In this document: piece by piece, positions 46,946-57,095 of the stretch
Layout of the letters: every line of letters starts with the position of its first letter
Position numbering within the stretch: the first letter of the stretch is position 1
Assembly (NCBI GenBank): GCA_965227295.1
Contig: OZ245742.1
Location: forward strand, 2,464,001 to 2,528,000
DNA: 64,000 bases
Origin: Leptonemataceae bacterium
GTDB lineage: Bacteria; Spirochaetota; Leptospiria; Leptospirales; Leptonemataceae
Reading direction: 5' to 3'
Position numbers and translations under genes: made by a program
The notes under the pieces: generated by a model
Databases searched by the model: none
Seen by the model: the letters and a program-made list of their open reading frames with translations, nothing else
What the model was told of the DNA's origin: nothing

Positions 46946-48157
46946 ATGCCCCGCCCCGCGCGTCCCAACCTGCTCGATCCCGCTGCGATTCCCGATCCGT
47001 ATCCCATTTACGCGGAGATGCGCCAGGCGGGGCCCGTGTTTCGGTCGCCGCAGTTTCGCGCGCACTTAATACTCGGCCATGCGGAAGTTTCGGCCGGCCT
47101 CAAAGATCGACGGTTTTCCGCAAAGCGGGCGGACGGCGTCATTCAGGCGATTCGCAGCGAAGACAAAAACGAGTTCGCGAACCTGGCCGATGCGATTCGA
47201 CGCTGGCTGCTGTTTCGTGACGGGCCGGAGCATGCGCAACGACGGCGATTGTTGATGCAAGGTTTTACGCCGCGAGTGTTAGGCAAACTGCGCGGGCCGA
47301 TTAAGAGCAGCGCGCATGAGCTGTGCGATCGCCTGGCTGCACAGCATGCGCCCGATGCCGCCGCGCACTTTGCGAATCCGTTGCCGGTGGTCGTCATCGC
47401 GAACATGCTGCACGTTCCGCCCGCGGATCATGCCAGGGTCTTTCGCTGGTCCGAGGACCTGGCGCGTTTCTTCGGTGCGCTGAGCATCGACGCGGAGACG
47501 GCACGTTCGGCCGCGCAAACGAATACGGAGATGTTCGAGTACATGGGCGCGATCGTGCGGCGCCTGCGTTCGGAACCGGGGGATGATTTTTTGAGCGCGC
47601 TGGTCACCGCGGAAGACGACGGCGCTGTCTGGGACGACGAGGAGCTGTGCTTGAATCTGGTGGCGCTGTTGTTTGCCGGCAATGAAACCACGCGGCATCT
47701 TATTGCGCACGGCATTCATCTTTTGCTGACGCATCCCGATCAACGCGCGCTGGTCCGCGAGAGTCCCGATCTATGGCCGCGGGCCGTCGAAGAAGTGCTG
47801 CGTTTTGCGGCCCCGGTGCAGATGATTTCGCGGGTGGCCGCGGAGGACCTGGAACTCGGCGGGCAGCGGATTCGCGCGGGGCAGCGCGTGTTCTTTTGCC
47901 TGGCCGCCGCCAATCGCGATCCGAATGTCTTCGATGAGCCGGATCGTTTTGATGTTACGCGCACGGAAAACCGGCACGTGAGTTTCGGTCAGGGCTCGCA
48001 CTATTGCGCGGGCGCGGGCCTGGCGCGCCTGGAAGCGGAGGTGGCGTTGCGCGTGTTGTTCGAGCGTTTTTCTGAGATCGAGCTGGAACCGGCACGGTTG
48101 AAGTGGGGGTTAACTTTAATTTTGCGCGGCTTTGCGGAATTGGGGGTGCGGTTGTGA
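46946..48157 (+). CDS. cytochrome P450
   Basis: AGNETT, EEVLR, FGQGSHYCAG heme motif. Confidence 0.96.
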   Translation: MPRPARPNLLDPAAIPDPYPIYAEMRQAGPVFRSPQFRAHLILGHAEVSAGLKDRRFSAKRADGVIQAIRSEDKNEFANLADAIRRWLLFRDGPEHAQRRRLLMQGFTPRVLGKLRGPIKSSAHELCDRLAAQHAPDAAAHFANPLPVVVIANMLHVPPADHARVFRWSEDLARFFGALSIDAETARSAAQTNTEMFEYMGAIVRRLRSEPGDDFLSALVTAEDDGAVWDDEELCLNLVALLFAGNETTRHLIAHGIHLLLTHPDQRALVRESPDLWPRAVEEVLRFAAPVQMISRVAAEDLELGGQRIRAGQRVFFCLAAANRDPNVFDEPDRFDVTRTENRHVSFGQGSHYCAGAGLARLEAEVALRVLFERFSEIELEPARLKWGLTLILRGFAELGVRL

Positions 48158-48708
48158 AGCGAGGCAAACGAATCGCGTCTTACGCGAGCGCGGATTACGT
48201 TCGCCCGTTTTAGCACCCGGGTATCATCTTCGTTGCGCCACCAGTGAATCTGCGATTCCGTGATCTCAAACGAGCCCGACCAACCTTCCGGTTCGAACAT
48301 GGATACGTCAAAGAACAGCCGGCCCTCTTCGGAAATGCCGTAACCGTACCGGCACTGCGGGCGATACCGGCAAAGATCCAGCGGCTCGTCGGATTCGATC
48401 ACTGCCTCTCCGTCCGGCGACAGGCGGATCAGCATGCCGTGTCCGCGATACGCACGCTCTGATTCGGTCCAGCGCGTCTCCGGGCGAACGAACAGAAAGA
48501 CGCTGTAGGTGAATAACGTATATCCGGCGTAGATGGCCGTGGCCAGGGCGCCGGCCCCGCTGCTGTATGCGGCCCCGGCGATTGCAGCATCGCCGGCAAA
48601 GGCCGCGGTCGTGGCCAGGGTATTTTTCGGACCGAGATCGCGCTTTACGTTTGTGACCAGGCATTGGCCGTACAAGACGAGCGTGAATATGACGACGACG
48701 TACTTCAT
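48001..48708 (-). CDS. hypothetical protein
   Basis: Hydrophobic N-terminus with Cys, follows the LRR gene; the 3' 157 nt overlap the P450, so the C-terminus is doubtful. Confidence 0.45.
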   Translation of the reverse strand: MKYVVVIFTLVLYGQCLVTNVKRDLGPKNTLATTAAFAGDAAIAGAAYSSGAGALATAIYAGYTLFTYSVFLFVRPETRWTESERAYRGHGMLIRLSPDGEAVIESDEPLDLCRYRPQCRYGYGISEEGRLFFDVSMFEPEGWSGSFEITESQIHWWRNEDDTRVLKRANVIRARVRRDSFASLHNRTPNSAKPRKIKVNPHFNRAGSSSISEKRSNNTRNATSASRRARPAPAQ

Positions 48709-48734
48709 CTTACGTTCGTTCAGAAGGGTAAAGT

Positions 48735-49676
48735 TCATTCGAACCCAGACCAGGCAATCACCGTGATGCCGCGGTCTTCGAGTTGTTTGCGTTGATGTTC
48801 GTCGACGCGACAGCCGACCAGGTTCACAAGTTTCAGAGCGGGCAGGGTAAACAGGGCGGTGACGTCCTCAATCTCGTTGAACGAAAGATCGAGTTCTTCC
48901 AGGCTGTCGAGCCCCGTCAGGCCGTCAATCGCGGTGATGTGATTGTTCGATAAATACAGGCTCCGCAGGCGGCTTAAGTTCGCAAGCGGATCGACGGACT
49001 CGATGCTGTTGTCTTCCAGGTGGATGCCGTAAAGATTTATGCAGGCTTCGATGCCGGACAGGTCGTCGATGTCGTATCCGGAAAGATTCAAATCGCCTTC
49101 GAGACCGGCGAGCAGTGAATCGGTCAGCACCTCGTGTTCCAGGCCCGGCTCTTCGAGAACCAGGGCCTCGAGGAAATTCCTGCTCACCGCGTACTCCCGG
49201 TCGTCATCGGAATCCGCATCTTCTTCCTGGTACGGATGCAGAACCTCGTCAAAGTCGGCGTCCACATCGTAAGCCCAGTCAGTGCTATCGTAGTAACGAT
49301 CCACGTCCTCCTCCACGTCGGGTTCTCGGGCGCGCGGTTTCGGCCGTGGCGTGCTGCGCCGCTTCAGCATGGCGTCGATGACTCCGGCCAACGTTTCGAG
49401 CCCCGCGGGATTGCCGCCCTGCGAAGCGCCGTCGATCGTGTTCAGGTACTTTTGCAGACGATCCGGATGGAACGTCTTGATGAGAGTCAGGAACGCCTTG
49501 CCGGGTGCGTCGTTGAAATCACCGTGCAGTTCGGCGGTGTAGGCCCGCCGGTAAATTTCCTGAATTTCGGCGTAGTGTTTGTTGCGGTAGAGTTCAATGA
49601 GTCGAACGGATATGCGTTCGAGGTTTTCCCGGGTGAAGCGTTTTCGGAGGCGGTCTACGAGTTCGGGTAGAGTCAT
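48735..49676 (-). CDS. leucine-rich repeat protein with HPD-containing (J-like) N-terminal domain
   Basis: LIKTFHPDRL, acidic linker, about 5 LRR units. Confidence 0.8.
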   Translation of the reverse strand: MTLPELVDRLRKRFTRENLERISVRLIELYRNKHYAEIQEIYRRAYTAELHGDFNDAPGKAFLTLIKTFHPDRLQKYLNTIDGASQGGNPAGLETLAGVIDAMLKRRSTPRPKPRAREPDVEEDVDRYYDSTDWAYDVDADFDEVLHPYQEEDADSDDDREYAVSRNFLEALVLEEPGLEHEVLTDSLLAGLEGDLNLSGYDIDDLSGIEACINLYGIHLEDNSIESVDPLANLSRLRSLYLSNNHITAIDGLTGLDSLEELDLSFNEIEDVTALFTLPALKLVNLVGCRVDEHQRKQLEDRGITVIAWSGFE

Positions 49677-50546
49677 CTACTTCGAGCTTTTTCCTTTCTT
49701 TCCGGCCGTCGCTTTTTTTCCGCCGCCTTTCTTCTTCCGCGACGCCTTCTTCTTTTGCGGGGGTGCCTCTTTCTTCGTGGCGCGTTTCGCCCGCGGCCGC
49801 CGGGGCCGGCGTTCGAGTAACGCGGCGACATCATCCTGCAAACGCTGCGTGAGATTCTTAATGTTCTCTTTCGAAACCTTAGCGTCCGGCGCCTGGAAGT
49901 CCCGGGGGTCGATGACCTCTCCCACCCGATAAATGATCGAGCGCGACGACTTCTGGCGATCGCTGATCCAGCGATTGAGATCCGAAAAACCGAAGGCTCC
50001 GGAAATGGCCGTGGGCACGATGCGAACGCCGGTTTGGAGCGCGATGCGTGCCGCCAGGCCGCGGAAGCGCTGGAGTTTGCCGTTCTGAGAACGGCTGCCC
50101 TCCGGATAGATGACCACCGCCTCGCCGCGTTCGAGCAGTTCCGTGACTTTCTGTACGACCTCGTCGTAGTACTTTATGCTGCCGGCCGCGTCGCCGCTGC
50201 GGTAGGCGCGCACCACCGGCAGTAACCTCGCATCAGCGAACATTTGCGAGATGAGGGCCGTGAGTTCTTCGAGAACGTCCATGAGAATCGTCGGGGCACC
50301 GGCACGCCGGGCGCGCTCCAGAAATCGGCGGATGCGTCGCTCGGGATTGTCGCCGAAGAGTTCGGCCTTCGCGAGATAACACAAGCCGCGGCCGGAGTAC
50401 ATGCCCTGGATGACGGGATCGATGAGATCGCTATGATTGCAGACGATGAGTAACGGACCGTTTTTCGGGATGCGTTCGGTATCCTCCGTGCGTACGGAGA
50501 CCACCGAGTTCAGCAGCGAGTGCAGTAGTAAGGTACGTTGGTCCAT
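49677..50546 (-). CDS. lysophospholipid acyltransferase (PlsC family) with Lys-rich tail
   Basis: NHSDLID, LAKAELF, YPEGSRS. Confidence 0.9.
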   Translation of the reverse strand: MDQRTLLLHSLLNSVVSVRTEDTERIPKNGPLLIVCNHSDLIDPVIQGMYSGRGLCYLAKAELFGDNPERRIRRFLERARRAGAPTILMDVLEELTALISQMFADARLLPVVRAYRSGDAAGSIKYYDEVVQKVTELLERGEAVVIYPEGSRSQNGKLQRFRGLAARIALQTGVRIVPTAISGAFGFSDLNRWISDRQKSSRSIIYRVGEVIDPRDFQAPDAKVSKENIKNLTQRLQDDVAALLERRPRRPRAKRATKKEAPPQKKKASRKKKGGGKKATAGKKGKSSK

Positions 50547-50598
50547 CGTTCGTAGAGGCCCCGCGCCGCGGAATCACGGTGCGCCCGGGCGCACCGCT

Positions 50599-52239
50599 TC
50601 ACAGTTGCGCGACGATTTCATCCGGCGAAAGTTTCGCTTCGCCGTTGAATCGAAAATCTTTGATCATCCGCACGACGTCGTCGCGCTTCAGAATCTCTTC
50701 CTGGTAGACGCCGCCCTCCGCGCCCTGGAGAATCTTAAACAACGCCGGCTGATCGACAATGCCGGCTTCGAACGCGGCCAGGCCGAAACCGATGCCCGCA
50801 CGGCACGGCCGGGGCCGGGCCACGCGATCGTCGTCGACGTACTTCGGGCCGAGCCCTCCCGGCAACGCCGCCGCGATGAGCTTCTCCATTTCTTCGAAGG
50901 CCGGCTCGTTGCGCGACAGGTTGATCCAGACGTGCTCCACGGAATTTACCGGGCCGTGGACTTCCAGGTTGCGCTCCACCAATCGTGCAATGCGCTTCGC
51001 GGCGTCCCGGGTCAGCGCTTCGCGGTCCAGAAAATTGAGACGGTACAGGTAGTTCTCCAGCGCGGATCCCGTGAGTTCACCGAGCAGCAGATACTGGTAG
51101 AGCGTGAAGATGAAGAAGTCGCTCTCCTTGTTGTCGCCCATCAGAATCTCCCGCGTGTTCGTGGGCTGCATGAGCCGATTTTCGAGCAGGGTGGTGAGCT
51201 TGTATGAGATGTGATCGAACAAAGAGGCCAGGCTGGAGCCCAGAAACTTGAGCGTGCGTTCCAGGCTCGTCGACACGCCCTGACTGAGGACGTCGTTGAG
51301 ATTGAGAATGCTGCTGGTGATTTTCTTGAGGATGTTATCAAAAGTGCTGAGCAGGTACTTTAAGTGCAGTCCCGAGAATTCGATGTCGTGATGATCGAAG
51401 ACCGCCGAGAGGGTGCGCCGGAAAAAGTGCGGCGACGCCGAAATGAACAACAGCGGGATTTCTTGCTGCGCCTGGCGATAGAACTCCGGCAGGCCGGTGA
51501 TGGGCGTCTTCTCCTTCGGCGTTTCGAAGAGCGTATCCATTAGGCCCTGGGTGGAGTGGATCGGCGTGTTGAGAAACGTCTGGTCGATGTCCGAAGTGAG
51601 CAGGCGCCCGTCGTACTCGTTCGGCAGGATGCGCAGGCGACCGTAGCCGATGGGCATGTCCTGTTTTAGTATGAGGCTGTCGCTGTTGCCGATGTAGGCG
51701 AGGTCCGCGACGCTCTGGCGCACGCTATGGATGCCGCGCAGAATGACCCGCGTGACGTAATCGCCCGGTGCCAACCGTTCCGCCGCCGCGGAGGGATCCA
51801 CCTCGAAGAAACCTTCGTCCCCGGCGATGATTTCACCGGACGACCAGATGACACGATCGCCGTGGTCTTCGCCGTCCGCGTCCACGGTGTCCGCGTCGGC
51901 ATCTTCGCCGGCGATGTTCTGGTAGCGCTTCGGCGTGGCGGTGAGAATTTCTATTTGCAGTCTCGGCCGCCGCACGCTCATCATGCTAAAGTCCTGGATG
52001 GGGCGGATGAGTTCGCGCAGGGAGCGCGGAAGATTGTGGAGGATATCCCACTCTTCGTCGATCTGGCTGCGGGTAATGGGGATGTCCACGATCTGGCCGG
52101 CGATGCGCACGCGATCGGCCTGGCCGCAGGCCCCGTTCAAAAGGGCCACCCGCTTTTTATCGTAGGGGGCCTCGGTCGAGGCGTCCTCGATGTTGCCCGG
52201 CGCGGCGGGTTCGTCGGTCTGGCGGGACTCGTCGGTCAT
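50599..52239 (-). CDS. APP1-like phosphatidate phosphatase domain protein (DUF2183)
   Basis: HAD motif SDIDQT, FISASP, LMGDNKESD. Confidence 0.75.
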   Translation of the reverse strand: MTDESRQTDEPAAPGNIEDASTEAPYDKKRVALLNGACGQADRVRIAGQIVDIPITRSQIDEEWDILHNLPRSLRELIRPIQDFSMMSVRRPRLQIEILTATPKRYQNIAGEDADADTVDADGEDHGDRVIWSSGEIIAGDEGFFEVDPSAAAERLAPGDYVTRVILRGIHSVRQSVADLAYIGNSDSLILKQDMPIGYGRLRILPNEYDGRLLTSDIDQTFLNTPIHSTQGLMDTLFETPKEKTPITGLPEFYRQAQQEIPLLFISASPHFFRRTLSAVFDHHDIEFSGLHLKYLLSTFDNILKKITSSILNLNDVLSQGVSTSLERTLKFLGSSLASLFDHISYKLTTLLENRLMQPTNTREILMGDNKESDFFIFTLYQYLLLGELTGSALENYLYRLNFLDREALTRDAAKRIARLVERNLEVHGPVNSVEHVWINLSRNEPAFEEMEKLIAAALPGGLGPKYVDDDRVARPRPCRAGIGFGLAAFEAGIVDQPALFKILQGAEGGVYQEEILKRDDVVRMIKDFRFNGEAKLSPDEIVAQL

Positions 52240-52317
52240 GACTTCCTGCAAGGGAAGGTCCGGGCGACGGAACTGTCACTTAAAAAATAGCATACTTTTA
52301 CCAGCACCTCCTCGTTC

Positions 52318-53223
52318 ATGAAAGATACATTGCCTCCGCCGCCGGCCTTCTGTTACTCCGGGGATTACAACATCGATCTCGGTCAGCACGTTTTCCCGGC
52401 GGTAAAGTTTCGCCACATCCAACAACGCCTCGCGAAGGACGGGCGCTTTCGCAAACATCGTTTCATCCAGCCGGAGCCCGTCACCGTGGACCAGGCCGGG
52501 CTCGTCCACAGCCGGGCCTATCTGCGGGACCTGGTCTCCCTCCAGGTAACGCCGCGTACGCATCGCAGCGAACTGCCGCTCATTGAGGAGGTGGTGCGCG
52601 GATTTTTCCTGGCCACGGGCGGGACCGTGGAGGCGGGGCGCCAGGCCCTGGAATGCGGTCGCGGGGTGAACCTGGGCGGCGGCTTTCATCACGCCTTTCG
52701 CGATCATGCCGAGGGATTCTGTTATCTCAACGACGTCGCCATCGCCGTGCGCGTGTTGCAGCAGGAAAAAAAGATCAAACGCGCGCTGATCATCGACCTG
52801 GATGTCCACCAGGGCAACGGTACGTCGCGCATCTTTCTGTGGGACTGGAACGTCTACACGTTCTCCATGCACGAAGAGAACAACTATCCCCTGAAGCAAA
52901 AGTCCTCGTACGACATCGGCCTGGAAACCGGCATCGGCGACGAAGAGTACTTAAAGACCCTGGGCGAGGCACTCGAGGTCATGCGACGCAAGTTCGAGCC
53001 GGATATGATCTTCTACGTCGCCGGAGTGGACGTCTATCAACGGGACCGCCTGGGCGGACTGTCGCTATCGAAAGAAGGCGTCCGCGAGCGGGATCGCATG
53101 ATTCGCGACTACCGTCCGGATGTCCCCCTGGTAACGGTGCTGGCCGGCGGTTACGCCGTGAACGATTCCGACACCGTGGATCTGCACATCGGCACCTGTG
53201 AAGTGATGGCGGATCTTGCGTAA
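52318..53223 (+). CDS. histone deacetylase family protein
   Basis: HVFP..K, GGFHHA, GFCYLND, DLDVHQGNGT, AGVD, GGY. Confidence 0.95.
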   Translation: MKDTLPPPPAFCYSGDYNIDLGQHVFPAVKFRHIQQRLAKDGRFRKHRFIQPEPVTVDQAGLVHSRAYLRDLVSLQVTPRTHRSELPLIEEVVRGFFLATGGTVEAGRQALECGRGVNLGGGFHHAFRDHAEGFCYLNDVAIAVRVLQQEKKIKRALIIDLDVHQGNGTSRIFLWDWNVYTFSMHEENNYPLKQKSSYDIGLETGIGDEEYLKTLGEALEVMRRKFEPDMIFYVAGVDVYQRDRLGGLSLSKEGVRERDRMIRDYRPDVPLVTVLAGGYAVNDSDTVDLHIGTCEVMADLA

Positions 53224-53259
53224 CTTTAGGTGAATTACACTTAATCAGCACGAATTCAC

Positions 53260-54186
53260 ATGGGATTTTTCAGCGACTCGGACAAATGGGGCAAGAAACG
53301 CGCCCGGGAAGTGGGGGACGAGCCGCCGTCTCTCGAAGACGAGGTGCGCGCGACACCGAAGAGCGACAAGAGTTCGGACAAGGCCTTTCCCCAGAACATC
53401 GAACTCTGGGACGACCTGGAAGCCGAGGCGCTGGAAGAGGATCTGCGCGGTTCCGCCCTGGGCGCGCCGCCGGCGGACGGTCAGGTCCGCATGTTCGGCA
53501 AGTTCAGCCGGGAAGACATTGAAAAACAGATGGAGTGGTCCGGCATTACGTCGGCGTTGAAAGAGAAGGGCTACGAAAACACGGAGATGGAGCTGAACTA
53601 TCTCTCGGAGCTGGACCAGCGCATCTTCGTGCGTCAGGACGAGCAGGTGCTGATCCACATTCGGCTGAAGCTCTCGCACTTTCGCTTTCGATTGCACCCG
53701 GAAACCCCGCGCATCAAACTGCTTTACATCGACTGGCTGCTCACCCAGCATCCGCACTCGCGAAACATCCGCGAGGAGCGGCTTTTTCCCGGTCAGGACC
53801 TGCCCGGCCTCGGCATTTTTCCGCAGCTAACCACATTTTTGCGAAACTTAGCGCTGGGCGTGGGCGCCCGGGGGGCCTTTAATATTCCCGAGTACTTTCA
53901 CGACGCGATGTTGTTTCATCGTCAGTTTAACTTTTACGATCCGTTGCGCGAGGCGTTCTTTCGCGGCATCATTCGGGATCTGCGTCGTTACGGGGCGCGG
54001 GAAATCTCCCATGCGTTCGGCGAGAACCGCATCCTCGATCAGAACGGAGACGCGCTGGACTGGAAGCCGGGCGAGATGATCTCGATTCTCTCTCCGGATC
54101 TCGCGGATCGCATCTGGTCGCCGGAGTACTACACGCGGGTGGTGCGCGAATTGAAACGGATTCGGTTTCAACTCGTGGAGAAGTGA
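53260..54186 (+). CDS. conserved hypothetical protein downstream of HDAC
   Basis: Good codon usage; LYIDWLLTQHP, LFPGQDLPGLG, PEYFHDA. Confidence 0.8.
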   Translation: MGFFSDSDKWGKKRAREVGDEPPSLEDEVRATPKSDKSSDKAFPQNIELWDDLEAEALEEDLRGSALGAPPADGQVRMFGKFSREDIEKQMEWSGITSALKEKGYENTEMELNYLSELDQRIFVRQDEQVLIHIRLKLSHFRFRLHPETPRIKLLYIDWLLTQHPHSRNIREERLFPGQDLPGLGIFPQLTTFLRNLALGVGARGAFNIPEYFHDAMLFHRQFNFYDPLREAFFRGIIRDLRRYGAREISHAFGENRILDQNGDALDWKPGEMISILSPDLADRIWSPEYYTRVVRELKRIRFQLVEK

Positions 54187-54205
54187 GGGCGGCGCGCGGG
54201 GAGTC

Positions 54206-54919
54206 GTGGCGGAGAAGATCTACAGAATTCCCACGGTGCCGCCCGGGGAGGATCATGCGCTCAGTGTCGTTCTTCTTTATATATCGGTGCCGGCGTTTAT
54301 TGCCACCGTTGCCCTGGCGAAAGCTTTTGGGACGGTGGTATTGTCGATTCTGCTGCCTCTGGCTATGGTCGGCATCCTGGTCTATCTTGCTGCGTATCAG
54401 GGATGGGTATCAAAGATCGCGCCGAAGAAGCTGAGTGCCGTTCGTGTAACCGACAGCGATGTTATCTTAGAGTTCGACAACGGCGCGCCGGACGAGCGCA
54501 TCGCCCTGGCTGATCTGCAGCACGTAGAACTGGACCTGCGTTCCGCTGCGGACGGCACTCTGACTCTCGACGCCGCCTCCGGAGAGATCAGCGTACACTC
54601 CGGCGATGCCGGCGTGCTCTGGTCCTTGCGTAAACATCTGGAGACTGAAATCTACGCGCGGAAGGTTACACCGCGGCCGCCGCCGATTGTGCCGGCTCCG
54701 GAGCCGCCGTCCCGGCCCCGGTCGCCGGCGGCGCAGCTCGGGCGTATGTCGCATACGCGGACGCGACGGGTGCAGAGTTCGGAAGCGGAAGCGGAAACGC
54801 AAAGCGTAGAGGAAGAAGTGTCGACCGAGAGCGTGGAGCCGCCCCGGCCATCGCTGGAACTGAAGCCGGAAGAAGCGGGTGAGGCCGAAGACGAAGCACA
54901 ACGCTGGCGGTCGATCTAA
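54206..54919 (+). CDS. RWRSI-tail membrane protein, paralog 1 (type A)
   Basis: 2 TM, beta-rich domain, Pro/acidic linker, ends EDEAQRWRSI. Confidence 0.8.
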   Translation: MAEKIYRIPTVPPGEDHALSVVLLYISVPAFIATVALAKAFGTVVLSILLPLAMVGILVYLAAYQGWVSKIAPKKLSAVRVTDSDVILEFDNGAPDERIALADLQHVELDLRSAADGTLTLDAASGEISVHSGDAGVLWSLRKHLETEIYARKVTPRPPPIVPAPEPPSRPRSPAAQLGRMSHTRTRRVQSSEAEAETQSVEEEVSTESVEPPRPSLELKPEEAGEAEDEAQRWRSI

Positions 54920-54922
54920 CAT

Positions 54923-55618
54923 ATGCCGAAGAGAACTTACATAATGCAGGCGTCGCCGCGCACACCCTTCGTCACAGGTCTTACCTCTGTGCTCGTCCTT
55001 GTCGCGGTCTCCTTGATGCTCTTTTTCGTATTGCTCGCCGTCTTTCCGAAGGCTGGTTTCCATGTGATCCTTCTGTTTCTCGCGCTCGGGATCCCCGGCT
55101 TGCGTTTCATAAAGAAAGTTGCGCCGCGGGCGCGAAATGCACCGACGAAGGATGCGCACACGGTTCAGCTAACGGAGGAAAGCTTGTTGTTCGAGTCCGG
55201 CACCACAAGGACGAAGGCGCAACTGGCACTCGATGAAATCCGCCGAACTGTCTTAAAAGTCTCGTCATCGAAATCCGGCAAGCTCAGCATCTACGCGCGC
55301 GGCCGGAACCTCGTCATTCGCGCGGCGGATCCCGCGGCGCTGGCCGAGTTGCACGCGGATCTCGAAGACGAAATTCGCAAACGCAAGTTCGCATCCGCCC
55401 ATCCTGCACAGTCGCATTCCGGCCCGAAAACGGCTCCGATCCCGCCCTCGCGACTGAGGTTGCGGACACAGGGGAGTGGAGTCGCGGAGCCGTCGACAGC
55501 CGGAGTGGGGGATGCTAATGCTGCAACAGAGAAAGTTAAAGAGGCTCTGAAGGCCGTGCACGAGGGAGGCGCAGCGGAGATCCAGGAAGACGAGCAGGGT
55601 CGCTGGCGGTCTATCTAA
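54923..55618 (+). CDS. RWRSI-tail membrane protein, paralog 2 (type B)
   Basis: Same architecture, ends EDEQGRWRSI. Confidence 0.8.
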   Translation: MPKRTYIMQASPRTPFVTGLTSVLVLVAVSLMLFFVLLAVFPKAGFHVILLFLALGIPGLRFIKKVAPRARNAPTKDAHTVQLTEESLLFESGTTRTKAQLALDEIRRTVLKVSSSKSGKLSIYARGRNLVIRAADPAALAELHADLEDEIRKRKFASAHPAQSHSGPKTAPIPPSRLRLRTQGSGVAEPSTAGVGDANAATEKVKEALKAVHEGGAAEIQEDEQGRWRSI

Positions 55619-56356
55619 ATGGCGGAGAAAACTTATAAAATCCGGGCGCCGATCGATTCGCAGCGAATCGGATTGATCGGCCCCGCGTTCTGGGCGCTGA
55701 TCTTGTTGCCGCTGGTGTTGACCGACGGCGGAGTTCTATCCGCGACCGTTTTTCTGGTGACGATTCCGGTGTTCATCGGCTTTGTCGTGTGGTTGTTTCA
55801 ATGGGCGCGCAAGGGATCGGGAGTGCGGGCCGTGCGATTAACAGACGATGAATTACACTTAGAGCGAGTCGCCCGCCGGCCGGTGCCGCCGTTTTCGCTG
55901 GATGATCTGCGCCTGGTCGAGCTGAAGATGGAAGCCGCAAACAGCGCGACCATTCGCATCGTCTTCACGAATCGTTGCCTGGAGATCGAATCCAACGACT
56001 CGGGTACGCTCTGGGCCCTGCGCAAACATCTGGAAAACGAGATCCAGGCCCGGCGCGCTTCCAGCCCGGCTTCGCCCGTTTCGGCGCCGCCCGTGAATCC
56101 CGGACCAGGCTTGCGACTTCGGCGCCGCACGCATGTGCGCCCGCGGTTGCGATCGACGCTCGGCGAGGCGCCGGAGGAATCGCAAGAGGCTTCGCAAGAA
56201 GATGTGAGTACGCACGAGGAATCGCGCGAAGATCATAACAAGCCGGAGCCGCCGCCCGCGCTGGAACTGAAACCGGAAGCCGTGTCCGAAGAACCGCCGC
56301 CTGTCGAGGAAGCGGACGAGACGGATGACGAAGAACAGCGCTGGCGGTCGATTTAA
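55619..56356 (+). CDS. RWRSI-tail membrane protein, paralog 3 (type A)
   Basis: Same architecture, ends DDEEQRWRSI. Confidence 0.8.
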   Translation: MAEKTYKIRAPIDSQRIGLIGPAFWALILLPLVLTDGGVLSATVFLVTIPVFIGFVVWLFQWARKGSGVRAVRLTDDELHLERVARRPVPPFSLDDLRLVELKMEAANSATIRIVFTNRCLEIESNDSGTLWALRKHLENEIQARRASSPASPVSAPPVNPGPGLRLRRRTHVRPRLRSTLGEAPEESQEASQEDVSTHEESREDHNKPEPPPALELKPEAVSEEPPPVEEADETDDEEQRWRSI

Positions 56357-56375
56357 TTCGCAGCGCGCATAAATC

Positions 56376-57092
56376 ATGGCCGAAAAGATACACAACATAC
56401 CCGCGCTGCCGCGGCCCGAAGGCTTCGACTGGACCGAGATCGGCTGGCGTCTGATCGTAATTGCTGCGGCGGTGATGATCCTGCTTCTTTTTGCCGCGGT
56501 GGCGTTGTCCTACAGCCAAATCACTCTCGTCGGAATAATGATTTTTTTGGCAGTACGCTTTATACTCTATGTGATGGACAGCGAGGACAGAGCGTGGCCC
56601 GCCCCGGCCCAACCGACGCCCGCGCCGATTCATCTGCGCAAACAGGCAAGCCACACGGTTCGATTAACCGAAGATGAAATCATCTTTGAATACGGAGCGA
56701 ACGGCCGGAGCATGCGCCTGCGTCTCGACGACGTTCGTCGCGTGGGAAAAAACGTACGCTCCGTGGATGAGGCTAAGTTGATCATCCATGCCCGGCGCCG
56801 CAACCTGGTGATCCGTACGAATCAACCGCACATGCTCATGGATTTGTACGCACACCTGGAGGACGAGGTCCGGAAACGCAAACTGCCGACAACGCCGCGG
56901 GCGCGGCGGCGCGCGGGTCCGAAGACGGCTCCGATTCCACCTTCGCGATTGAAGCTACAGAGTGCGCCCGCGCAGAAGCCCGCGGAGGATGCCGGGGCGG
57001 CGAAAGAGAACGTCAAAGAAACCCTGAAGGCCGCGCACGAAAAGGCCGCCGATACCGAAGACGATGAACAAAGCCGCTGGCGTTCGATCTAA
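56376..57092 (+). CDS. RWRSI-tail membrane protein, paralog 4 (type B)
   Basis: Same architecture, ends DDEQSRWRSI. Confidence 0.8.
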   Translation: MAEKIHNIPALPRPEGFDWTEIGWRLIVIAAAVMILLLFAAVALSYSQITLVGIMIFLAVRFILYVMDSEDRAWPAPAQPTPAPIHLRKQASHTVRLTEDEIIFEYGANGRSMRLRLDDVRRVGKNVRSVDEAKLIIHARRRNLVIRTNQPHMLMDLYAHLEDEVRKRKLPTTPRARRRAGPKTAPIPPSRLKLQSAPAQKPAEDAGAAKENVKETLKAAHEKAADTEDDEQSRWRSI

Positions 57093-57095
57093 TAC

